NCBI GenBank assembly: GCA_002269645.1
Contig: NIVC01000806.1
Span: 6,787-70,786, forward strand
DNA: 64,000 nt
From: Macrostomum lignano
Taxonomy: Eukaryota
Direction of reading: 5' to 3'
The notes under the pieces were generated by a model. It had not been told where the DNA came from and searched no databases. It worked only from the letters and a program-made list of their open reading frames with translations. The stretch's first letter is position 1; each line of letters starts with the position of its first letter. A program made the translations under genes and the position numbers. This document shows, piece by piece, positions 33,796 to 42,594 of this stretch.

Positions 33796-36700
33796 CAGGC
33801 AGGCATCTACACCATCGTCGGCAACGAGAGCGGAAGCGGCAGCATAAAAACTGTGCTCATTGAAGGCAAGCCGTTCAAAATGCAGCTCGACTCTGGATCC
33901 GGTGCGAGCATCATTCCGATAAACTTCTGGAGGAGCCTCGGTGAGCCCAAGCTACGAAAGTCCAAGCTGAGACTGCGACAATTTGACGGAACGGTCATCA
34001 GAACTAGAGGATGCTTCACGGCGCTCATCGAAGTCGGGAGACAAATCGCCTGTGCGGACGTGACGGTCACCGAATGCACAAAGGAGCACGGCCTCATCGG
34101 AACAGACGTGCTGGACTTCAAGCTGGACACAGCGACTGTCAATCAAGTGGAGCGCAGCAGCAAACCGCTAGGCAAGCTCAAAGGTTTCCGTGCTCGGGTC
34201 CTGCTCAGGGAGAACGCTCAGCCCAGCTTCTTCGATGCCCGGCCGCTCCCGATTCATCTCAAGCCGCTGGTGGTGGCTAAGCTGCGGACGATGATCGACG
34301 CCGGGATCCTCGAGCCCGTGCCGCCAGGCGGCAGCAGTTGGGCGTCGCCCATTGTGGTGGTGCGCAAGGCCGACGGAGACCTGAGAATCTGCTCCGACTA
34401 CAAGGTCGGGGTGAACCCGAAGATCTGCTCTGACGCCTACCCACTGCCCAACATCGAGCAAGCCTTCAGTGCCCTGGCAGGTATGAAGCACTTCGCAATT
34501 GTAGACTTAACAAATGCCTACAACCAGATTGAGCTAGACGAGGCCTCCAGAGAAATACTCACCATCAACACGCCCCTAGGCCTGCTCAGATGGACGCGCA
34601 TGCCATACGGGGTGAAGACGGCCAGTGCGCAGTTCCAGGCTGCCATGGAGGCAACGGTCGGCGGTGCGGTCAGCAACCTGGTGATCTACCAAGACGACAT
34701 GTGCGTTGGCGCCACCACAGCGGACGAATTGGACAGCAAAGTCCGGGACCTGCTGAGAGCGCTTTCTGATGCCGGCATGTCAATCAACGAAAAAAAGTGC
34801 GTTTTCCGCAGCACGGAAATCAGTTTCCTTGGCTACCGCATCGCGGCTGACGGCGTGCGCCCTGATCGGAAGCTGGTGGAGAAAATCCTCGGCGTGAGCA
34901 CCCCGGCGAGCAAAAAGGAACTCGAATCGTTTCTGGGAATGACGGTGTACTACTCGCGCTACATCAAGTCCTACTCGGAGAAGACCGAGCCGCTGACCGA
35001 GCTGCGGAGCAAGAAAGTCGCGTTCCATTGGGGACCTCGGCAGCAGAAAGCGTTTGACGAGCTCAAGCAGGCGCTTGCAGCTTCCCCAGTGGTCCGAATC
35101 TTCGATGCAAGAAAGCGCACAACTCTGACTACTGACGCCAGCGAAAAGGCCATAGCAGCAATCCTCTCTCAGGACGAGCACCCAGTGATGTACCTGTCAA
35201 GACGGCTGACACCGGCTGAGAGAAATTACTCGAATATCGAGCGGGAGGCCCTGGCTGTGGTGTGGGCCACTCAGAGAGCCAGACACTTTCTTCTCGGCAG
35301 CAAGTTTGTGCTCCAGTGCGATCATCAACCATTGGAGTTCATTTTTAGTCCGTCTCGGGAGCTTCCAAAGGTCACATCGGCTAGGATAATGCGCTGGGCG
35401 TTGCAGCTGTCGGCCTTCGACTACGAAATCTCGTACATCAAGGGCAGCTGCATCCCGCATGTCGACGCGCTGTCTCGAATTGAATTCAAGGAGGAAGGCG
35501 ATGGAGACGACTGCCAGGAAAGCTTCGTTCACTGGACAGAGACGGAGGTGCTCAAGCTGGAGCAGATCAGAGACGCCACTGACAATGACCCGGTACTCGC
35601 CAGCGTCAAGCGCAGGATCCGCAGCAATGCGTGGAACAACTGCTCGGCAGCGGAGCGACCGTATAAAGCCGTCCGCCAGCAGCTCTCAGTGGAGAATGGC
35701 GTCGTCTGCCTGAGAGACCTGGTGGTCCCGCCTAGCCGGCTGCGGCAAGACGTGCTGCGAGCGGCTCACGGCGACTCGCACTGCGGTGCCCTAGCGACAA
35801 GAAATCGACTCAAGCTGGAAGCCTGGTGGCCGGGTCACTGCGAGGACGTCGAAAACTTCGTCAAGCAATGCCAGCGATGCGCGGAGATCCGTCCAATGCC
35901 TGCCAGAACGTGCCACACCTGGCCGGCTGAAGATGGTCCCTGGAGACGTGTGCACATGGACCATGCTCACGTTCCCGGCTTCGGCCTGCTGCTCATTGTG
36001 GTGGACGCCTTCTCCGGCTGGCCGGAAGCGGTGCCTGTTGCCGACAAGAGCGCGACGACGGTCATCAAGGTACTCCGCCTGATTTTCTCCCGCCTGGGTG
36101 TGCCGCATACCTTGGTGGCGGACAATGCTCCGGAGTTCCGTGACCAGCAGCTGCACGAGTGGCTCAAGAAGATCGGCTGCTCGCCGATGCACTCGCCGCC
36201 GTATCATCCGCAGTCAAACGGGTGCGCCGAGCGCATGGTCCAGACCGTCAAGAAGGGGCTGCGGGCCTTCGCCGTGCACCAGGGCCGGTTCGACGCGTAC
36301 CTCGCCAAGCTGCTGCTTAACTACCGGGCCACTCCGCGGGGCGACGGGCGTGGCAGTCCATCTGCGCTTATGGGGCGACAGCTGCGAAGTCCGCTGACCC
36401 TCCAATTCGACACCGATGCGCCGCTCGTCTACCGGTCGCGACCGGGGGGGCCGGCTGAGACCGTCCGCTTTGTGGTACAGGCCGGCCACAACACGGCCGT
36501 GGTCACCCGGGACAAGGATGACAGGCCTGTGCTGGCACACCGGGATCAGCTGCGCTTGCGTCCGAGTCCAAGCCGGGCGGAAGTTACGGACAACACTGAC
36601 GACAGCGGCCGGGACCCTGACGATGCCGGCCGGAGCCCTGACGACGGCGACCGGAACCCTGACGAAGGCGGCCGGAACCCTGACGAAGGCGGCCGGAACC

Positions 36701-36831
36701 CGGAACCTGATAGCCAGCGGCCAGACGCAGCGGCACCACCGCAGCAGGCCGCTGAAGCTACACCGGAGCCCCGACGAAGCTGCAGGTCGACCAAAGGGGT
36801 CGCCCCAGACCGACTGTCTCCTCGTTGGTGA
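33796..36831 (+). CDS. Pol (PR-RT-RNaseH-IN) of Gypsy element 2, in the +1 frame relative to gag; open from 33598
   Basis: PR LDSGSGASII; RT WASPIVVVRK..YPLP..YQDD; RH TDASEKAI..IEREALA..DHQPL; IN AHGDSH..CQRC, VHMD, DNAPEF, ERMVQTVK. Domain order is Gypsy-type and there are no internal stops. Confidence 0.95.
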   Translation, partial: QAGIYTIVGNESGSGSIKTVLIEGKPFKMQLDSGSGASIIPINFWRSLGEPKLRKSKLRLRQFDGTVIRTRGCFTALIEVGRQIACADVTVTECTKEHGLIGTDVLDFKLDTATVNQVERSSKPLGKLKGFRARVLLRENAQPSFFDARPLPIHLKPLVVAKLRTMIDAGILEPVPPGGSSWASPIVVVRKADGDLRICSDYKVGVNPKICSDAYPLPNIEQAFSALAGMKHFAIVDLTNAYNQIELDEASREILTINTPLGLLRWTRMPYGVKTASAQFQAAMEATVGGAVSNLVIYQDDMCVGATTADELDSKVRDLLRALSDAGMSINEKKCVFRSTEISFLGYRIAADGVRPDRKLVEKILGVSTPASKKELESFLGMTVYYSRYIKSYSEKTEPLTELRSKKVAFHWGPRQQKAFDELKQALAASPVVRIFDARKRTTLTTDASEKAIAAILSQDEHPVMYLSRRLTPAERNYSNIEREALAVVWATQRARHFLLGSKFVLQCDHQPLEFIFSPSRELPKVTSARIMRWALQLSAFDYEISYIKGSCIPHVDALSRIEFKEEGDGDDCQESFVHWTETEVLKLEQIRDATDNDPVLASVKRRIRSNAWNNCSAAERPYKAVRQQLSVENGVVCLRDLVVPPSRLRQDVLRAAHGDSHCGALATRNRLKLEAWWPGHCEDVENFVKQCQRCAEIRPMPARTCHTWPAEDGPWRRVHMDHAHVPGFGLLLIVVDAFSGWPEAVPVADKSATTVIKVLRLIFSRLGVPHTLVADNAPEFRDQQLHEWLKKIGCSPMHSPPYHPQSNGCAERMVQTVKKGLRAFAVHQGRFDAYLAKLLLNYRATPRGDGRGSPSALMGRQLRSPLTLQFDTDAPLVYRSRPGGPAETVRFVVQAGHNTAVVTRDKDDRPVLAHRDQLRLRPSPSRAEVTDNTDDSGRDPDDAGRSPDDGDRNPDEGGRNPDEGGRNPEPDSQRPDAAAPPQQAAEATPEPRRSCRSTKGVAPDRLSPRW

Positions 36832-37694
36832 TGAGGGGATGTTGTATCGTGACTTGACTTGAAGTGCGCAGTGTGGGGCTGCACCCCAATTGTTATTGGC
36901 GCTGAGTTTAGGACTGCTTGCTCTCTCCCCGCCTGCTCTGTCTGTCAATGTACGCTTATGCCTAACCGTCTAATCTATTAGCTGATGCTTTACTCGTATC
37001 TGCATGTACATCTATGTGCAATGCCAACTACAATAAATAACAACCTCTCGCCCATTTGCGGCTCAAGTTTGGCTAGCCAGCCACGACACGACACCTTTCT
37101 TTCACCTTTCTCCCCTCTCTCCCCTCTCTCTCGCCTCTACCCCTCTCTCTAATCTCTCACTCTTTCCCTCCTCTTTCCCCCTCTCTTTACCCTCTCTTTT
37201 CCCTCTCTTTCCCCTCTCTTTCACCTTTCTCCCCTCTCTCCCCTCTTTACCCCTCTCTTTACCCTCTCGTTTCCCCTTTTTCCTTCCCCCTTCTTTATCC
37301 TCTCCTCTCTCCCATCTACCCCGTTTGCCAATGCTTTCCAATTCTTCCAAGTCTGTATCAATCTTCATTCCATTTCTTAATTATGCTTTAAAATTAAAAA
37401 AAAGTTGTTGGACATTTTTGTCTGCTTACACATAATAACAATCTTTAGCATCGCATTGTGTCATAGTTAAGCATTTGCTGTAAATCAGAGTTACTAGGGT
37501 GCAATAACTAATTTTTTCAGCAACAACAAAAAATAAACTAAATTTTTTGTTTAGGTTTGTAATTGTTTGTTTGTCTTTATTTATTCAGTTTTTAGCCAAA
37601 CAACAGTGGTTAACGTCAGCAAATGTACTCGAAGTAGTAAAATGATATTTAGTACTTTGAATCTGCATTTCAGGTAAATATGTGCACCTGACAC

Positions 37695-37754
37695 ATGCCA
37701 TTGCTGTTAATTGTTAAGTCTGCAGAGGATCCCCTTGATGATCCCTATCTGCAG
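37695..37754 (+). CDS. UROS: Uroporphyrinogen-III synthase, exon 1
   Basis: MPLLLIVKSAEDPLDDPYLQ resembles the UROS N-terminus (VLLLK..D..DPY). Donor cag|gtaac. Confidence 0.82.
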
Positions 37755-37770
37755 GTAACTTTTTGTCTTC

Positions 37771-38556
37771 CTCTGTCACCCTCTGCAATCCGTCAGTTTC
37801 TCCCTCTGTCACCATCTGCCATCTCAGTTTCTCCCTCTGTCACCCTCTGCAATCTGTCAGTTTCTCCCTCTGTCACCATCTGCCATCTCAGTTTCTCACT
37901 CTGTCACCCTCTGCAATCTGTCAGTTTCTCCCTCTGTCACCCTCTGCAATCTGTCAGTTTCTCCCTCTGTCACCCTCTGCAATCTGTCAGTTTCTCTCTC
38001 TGTTACCCTCTGCAATCTGTCAGTTTCTCCCTCTGTCACCCTCTGCAATCTGTCAGTTTCTCCCTCTGTCACCATCTGCAATCTGTCAGTTTCTCCCTCT
38101 GTCACCCTCTGCAATCTGTCAGTTTCTCCCTCTGTCACCCTCTGCAATCTGTCAGTTTCTCTCTCTGTTACCCTCTGCAATCTGTCAGTTTCTCCCTCTG
38201 TTACCCTCTGCAATCTGTCAGTTTCTCTCTCTGTTACCCTCTGCAATCTGTCAGTTTCTCCCTCTGTTACCCTCTGCAATCTGTCAGTTTCTCCCTCTGT
38301 CACCCTCTGCAATCTGTCAGTTTCTCCCTCTGTCACCCTCTGCAATCTGTCAGTTTCTCCCTCTGTCACCCTCTGCAATCTGTCAGTTTCTCCCTCTGTT
38401 ACCCTCTGCAATCTGTCAGTTTCTCCCTCTGTCACCCTCTGCAATCTGTCAGTTTCTCCCTCTGTCACCCTCTGCAATCTGTCAGTTTCTCCCTCTGTCA
38501 CCCTCTGCAATCTGTCAGTTTCTCCCTCTGTTACCCTCTGCAATCTGTCAGTTTCC
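37771..38556. repeat. 33-bp minisatellite (ctgtcaccctctgcaatctgtcagtttctccct)n in UROS intron 1
   Basis: About 24 units. Confidence 0.96.
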
Positions 38557-38595
38557 GTTATTGCAATTTTACAAACAATTTGCTCTACCCATCAG

Positions 38596-38923
38596 GCTGT
38601 GCAGTCGAACTTCTCAACCTCCGAGTTCGAACCCGCCGTCCTCAGTCCGCACGAGTTCCTACCGTGCAAACGCAACGACAGCGACGAAACTTCCCGTGAT
38701 GTCGTTGGCGACTCCTCAGAGGAGGATTCAAATCTAGCAGTCATTTTCACCAGCAAACGGGCCGTGCAGTTCTTTTCCGCTGTCTGCCGCAGCCCACGCC
38801 GCCTCTGCTACGCTGTGGGCCCTGCCACCGCCCAGGCTGCCGCCAGCGTTGCCGGCTTCGTAGAAGTTCGCGGCGGAGCCGCCTGCGGCAATGCTGACGC
38901 TCTGTGCGACTTGGTTGAGGCTG
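38596..38923 (+). CDS. UROS: UROS, exon 2
   Basis: VIFTSKRAVQFF..CYAVGPATA..GAACGNADALCDL. Acceptor atcag| and donor g|gttggt (phase 1). Confidence 0.85.
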
Positions 38924-38935
38924 GTTGGTGCTGGA

Positions 38936-40362
38936 CCTCAGTTGCTGGGCCAGCCTCCCAGATCCTCAGTTGCTGTGCCAGCCTCCCATATCCTCAGTTG
39001 CTGGGCCAGCCTCCCAGATCCTCAGTTGATGGGCCAGCCTCCCAGATCCTCAGTTGCTGGGCCAGCCTCCCATATCCTCAGTTGCTGGGCCAGCCTCCCA
39101 GATCCTCAGTTGATGGGCCAGCCTCCCAGATCCTCAGTTGCTGGGCCAGCCTCCCAAATCCTCAGTTGCTGGGCCAGCCTCCCAGATCCTCAGTTGCTGG
39201 GCCAGCCTCCCAGATCCTCAGTTGCTGGGCCAGCCTCCCAGATCCTCAGTCGCTGGGCCAGCCTCCCAGATCCTCAGTTGCTGGGCCAGCCTCCCAGAGT
39301 GTCAGTTGCTGGGCCAGCCTCCCAGAGTGTCAGTTGCTGGGCCAGCCTCCCAGATCCTCAGTTGCTGGGCCAGCCTCCCAGATCCTCAGTTGCTGGGCCA
39401 GCCTCCCAGATCCTCAGTCGCTGGGCCAGCCTCCCAGATCCTCAGTTGCTGGGCCAGCCTCCCAGAGTGTCAGTTGCTGGGCCAGCCTCCCAAATCCTCA
39501 GTTGCTGGGCCAGCCTCCCAGAGTGTCAGTTGCTGGGCCAGCCTCCCAGATCCTCAGTTGCTGGGCCAGCCTCCCAGATCCTCAGTTGCTGGGCCAGCCT
39601 CCCAGATCCCCAGTTGCTGGGCCAGCCTCCCAGAGTGTCAGTTGCTGGGCCAGCCTCCCAGAGTGTCAGTTGCTGGGCCAGCCTCCCAGATCCTCAGTTG
39701 CTGGGCCAGCCTCCCAGATCCTCAGTTGCTGGGCCAGCCTCCCAGATCCTCAGTTGCTGGGCCAGCCTCCCAGATCCCCAGTTGCTGGGCCAGCCTCCCA
39801 GAGTGTCAGTTGCTGGGCCAGCCTCCCAGAGTGTCAGTTGCTGGGCCAGCCTCCCAGATCCTCAGTTGCTGGGCCAGCCTCCCAGATCCTCAGTCGCTGG
39901 GCCAGCCTCCCAGAGTGTCAGTTGCTGGGCCAGCCTCCCAGAGTGTCAGTTGCTGGGCCAGCCTCCCAGAGTGTCAGTTGCTGGGCCAGCCTCCCAGATC
40001 CTCAGTTGCTGGGCCAGCCTCCCAGATCCTCAGTCGCTGGGCCAGCCTCCCAGAGTGTCAGTTGCTGGGCCAGCCTCCCAGAGTGTCAGTTGCTGGGCCA
40101 GCCTCCCAGAGTGTCAGTTGCTGGGCCAGCCTCCCAGAGTGTCAGTTGCTGGGCCAGCCTCCCAGAGTGTCAGTTGCTGGGCCAGCCTCCCAGATCCTCA
40201 GTCGCTGGGCCAGCCTCCCAGAGTGTCAGTTGCTGGGCCAGCCTCCCAGAGTGTCAGTTGCTGGGCCAGCCTCCCAAATCCTCAGTTGCTGGGCCAGCCT
40301 CCCAAATCCTCAGTTGCTGGGCCAGCCTCCCAAATCCTCAGTTGCTGGGCCAGCCTCCCAGA
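38936..40362. repeat. 28-bp minisatellite (gttgctgggccagcctcccagatcctca)n in UROS intron 2
   Basis: About 51 units with gatcc/gagtg variants. Confidence 0.96.
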
Positions 40363-40432
40363 ACTAAATCGTGGGTAATTTTGTGCCCATAAACCCAATC
40401 AAAGCAGTATGAATAAAGTGCAATCTTTGCAG

Positions 40433-40584
40433 AGCTGCAACCTGAGGTTCACAAGCTGCTGTTTCCATGCGGCAGGGTGCGCAAGAGCACGGTGGAGACC
40501 CGTCTGGCCAGCTTCCGCCTCACAGTGATGGAGCTTTACGATGCTGTGGAGAAGAAAGATTTGGGCCGAGAAATCCAGCAAATT
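40433..40584 (+). CDS. UROS: UROS, exon 3
   Basis: ELQPEVHKLLFPCGRVRK..TVMELYDA, containing the LLFPCG motif. Acceptor ttgcag| and donor |gtaag. Confidence 0.88.
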
Positions 40585-40676
40585 GTAAGTGCATTGAAAC
40601 GCTTGACACTTGTTTTATAATTTGTCGGGGTTATTTTTACAAATGGGGTTTTGCTACACCTGTTGAATTGATTCAG

Positions 40677-40775
40677 GAGCCGCAGCACAAGCAGCTTGTC
40701 TTGGCCTTCTTCAGCCCTAGTTCGGTTTCCATGGTGATGAAGCACCTGTACACGAGCTGTTACGATGATGTAAAG
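40677..40775 (+). CDS. UROS: UROS, exon 4
   Basis: LAFFSPSSV (FFSPS motif). Acceptor ttcag| and donor aag|gtaac. Confidence 0.88.
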
Positions 40776-40856
40776 GTAACGAGTAACAATAATGAATATC
40801 CGTTTTCAAGCTGTAAAATTCTTAGAAACTATCAGCTCAAATTTCGATCGTTTTAG

Positions 40857-40982
40857 CTAATCTCGATTGGTCCGTCAACCAGTCACCGACTCAAGGAGTT
40901 GCTGCCGCACAATCAGTGTTTCGAATGTCGAACACCTTCTGTTGATGCATTTTTACATGCTCTGCGTCTTTGTCGTCAGTAG
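40857..40982 (+). CDS. UROS: UROS, exon 5 (254 aa in total)
   Basis: LISIGPSTSHRL..CRTPSVDAFLHAL* matches the AIGPTT..SPT..L pattern. The five exons sum to 765 nt. Confidence 0.87.
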   Translation, partial: LISIGPSTSHRLKELLPHNQCFECRTPSVDAFLHALRLCRQ

Positions 40983-41105
40983 TATATTGGTAACTTGTAA
41001 TCGAATTAATTCGTCTAAAATATAAGATTGCGATTTTTCTAACTGCTCTGCTGTTAGTGCAAATACGACTAAACATACTATAAAATATTATAATATCGTT
41101 TTTTA

Positions 41106-41205
41106 GGGGCTGTAGCCTAGTGGTCAGAGCGTCGGAATCACGACTGAAAGGTCACGGGTTCGATTCTCGACACACTTGAAGCTATTTGTGTCCTTGAGCA
41201 AGACT
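41106..41205 (+). mobile_element. tRNA-derived SINE head and central domain
   Basis: A-box tagcctagtgg and B-box ggttcgattc, but no acceptor-stem pairing. Followed by gtgtccttgagcaagac, resembling conserved central domains of tRNA-SINE superfamilies. Confidence 0.7.
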
Positions 41206-41238
41206 ATGGACTTCTGCGGTATAAATTTAACATCGAAC

Positions 41239-41510
41239 TGGTGCTGGCGCCCCTGGTTCTGGCACCCCTGGTGCTAAATCCCCTGGTGCTAAATCCCCTG
41301 GTGCTAAAGCCCCTGGTGCTAAAGCCCCTGGTGCTAAAGCCCCTGGTGCTAAAGCCCCTGGTGCTAAAGCCCCTGGTGCTAAAGCCCCTGGTGCTAAAGC
41401 CCCTGGTGCTAAAGCCCCTGGTGCTAAAGCCCCTGGTGCTAAAGCCCCTGGTGCTAAAGCCCCTGGTGCTAAAGCCCCTGGTGCTAAAGCCCCTGGTGCT
41501 AAAGCCCCAG
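41239..41510. repeat. 15-bp minisatellite (ccctggtgctaaagc)n
   Basis: About 18 units directly after the SINE. Confidence 0.95.
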
Positions 41511-41917
41511 TACCACCAAAATAGTTTGAATGGTTCTATTATTTGGTAAATTTATATTTTAGAAGTCCCTGGTAAGAAAGACACCCCAACTCTGCATTGC
41601 TTCAGTTCACCCAGCTGGGGTAATTGATTGAGGGTTCAGATGCTGTTAAAATTACTAAATATTAATATTGTTTGTAAACATTATCCACGCCACTGAAAAT
41701 ACTGCATACGAGAAAAACGTCTTGAACATTTAGGATGGTAAATAAATCCTCTCTTACAAATGACCGTCAGTAATATAATTATGTTTTTATTTGATGCTTT
41801 TCAAGCATTGCAATTGGCAATATAGAAAGTTAAGCCATTGTTTCTGTTGCAATAACTATAGGTAACTAAGGTCACGTTAGCTGCGTAGAACATGCATCAG
41901 CCGCTAGGACGTCATCT

Positions 41918-42109
41918 TCAACCCCGCCAGGCATTCTCAGCCGGGGTCCCATAACAGGACGCCGGATGCATGAAGAAGTTCCGGCAGAGTTTCGAGCGTT
42001 TCATTGCCTGTCGAAGCTCCTGACTCTTCCAGTTGGCGCTGATGCCGGCAGGAATAGGTGGCGAATTTCTCCGATACTTCGCATAGGCCCGAGCAGGAGC
42101 CGGTATGAA
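41918..42109 (-). CDS. Neuropeptide precursor, exon 2 (cyclic Cys-Cys peptide, C-terminal amidation Gly)
   Basis: FIPAPARAYAKYRR-NSPPIPAGISANWKSQELRQAM-KR-SKLCRNFFMHPASCYGTPAENAWRG*. Acceptor ttccag| at phase 0. Confidence 0.72.
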   Translation of the reverse strand, partial: FIPAPARAYAKYRRNSPPIPAGISANWKSQELRQAMKRSKLCRNFFMHPASCYGTPAENAWRG

Positions 42110-42492
42110 CTGGAACTCGATGAAATTTGAAGTAGCAAACATTGAAGTCACTACTGATTAAACTATAATAAGAGCGACAAACGTGGAAAACTAAAGTAGA
42201 AGGACGCACTTTTAGCGACATTGTCACACAACCAGCGAGAGGCATTGCTGCCCATTCCGCCGACTCCCCCTGAGCAGGCACACAAGCGCGCGGATGCGTA
42301 CGCAGTCATACGCACAGGCATATGGCGTCAGGCATGTACCTATGTTGTCTTGGGGGTTGGCCCTCGAGGACGTTAATTGCACGAGCCGAGCCAAGCTTCT
42401 ACCGATCTTTCTATCTTCCCATTGTCGCTGTTGTGCCTCATACTTATTTGGCAGTGCTATAAAGGGTTGTTGTACGAGTAATACGGACTTAC

Positions 42493-42594
42493 GATGCCGA
42501 ACTTGCGATCTTCGGGCAGCGCCAGAGCTTCTTGGGCAGCCACCGCCAAGAGTCCAAGAGCAACCAGCACAAGTAGAGCAAATCTGCAACTCAT
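42493..42594 (-). CDS. Neuropeptide precursor, exon 1 (signal peptide; 97 aa in total)
   Basis: MSCRFALLVLVALGLLAVAAQEALA-LPEDRKFGI, followed by a consensus donor |gtaagt at phase 0. Confidence 0.75.

Larger units (their letters stand above)
32710..37093 (+). mobile_element. Full-length, young Ty3/Gypsy LTR retrotransposon (Mag-like architecture)
   Basis: 254-bp LTRs at 32710-32963 and 36840-37093, identical by eye, with TGT..ACA ends. TSD ccttt at 32705-32709 and 37094-37098. PBS-like TGGCGTCGCA. PPT gagggga at 36833-36839. Confidence 0.97.

Noticed and set aside
33528-36948. Numerous antisense and alternate-frame ORFs within the Gypsy element (possible env or accessory gene)
   Set aside because: Shadow ORFs of GC-rich pol with no signal peptide or TM pattern. 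Pol runs to within 8 nt of the 3' LTR, leaving no room for env.
37755-38595. Long ORFs 37695-38699, 37763-38737 and 37896-38543
   Set aside because: 33-bp tandem repeat in UROS intron 1; only the first 60 nt are an exon.
38599-40392. 597-, 495- and 409-aa ORFs as a repetitive Pro/Ser-rich protein
   Set aside because: They are read-through of a stop-free 28-bp minisatellite in UROS intron 2. Only 38596-38923 is coding, and the splice phases restore a normal UROS.
41106-41180. Functional tRNA gene
   Set aside because: A and B boxes are present, but the acceptor stem does not pair (GGGGCTG versus CACACTT) and SINE-like sequence follows.
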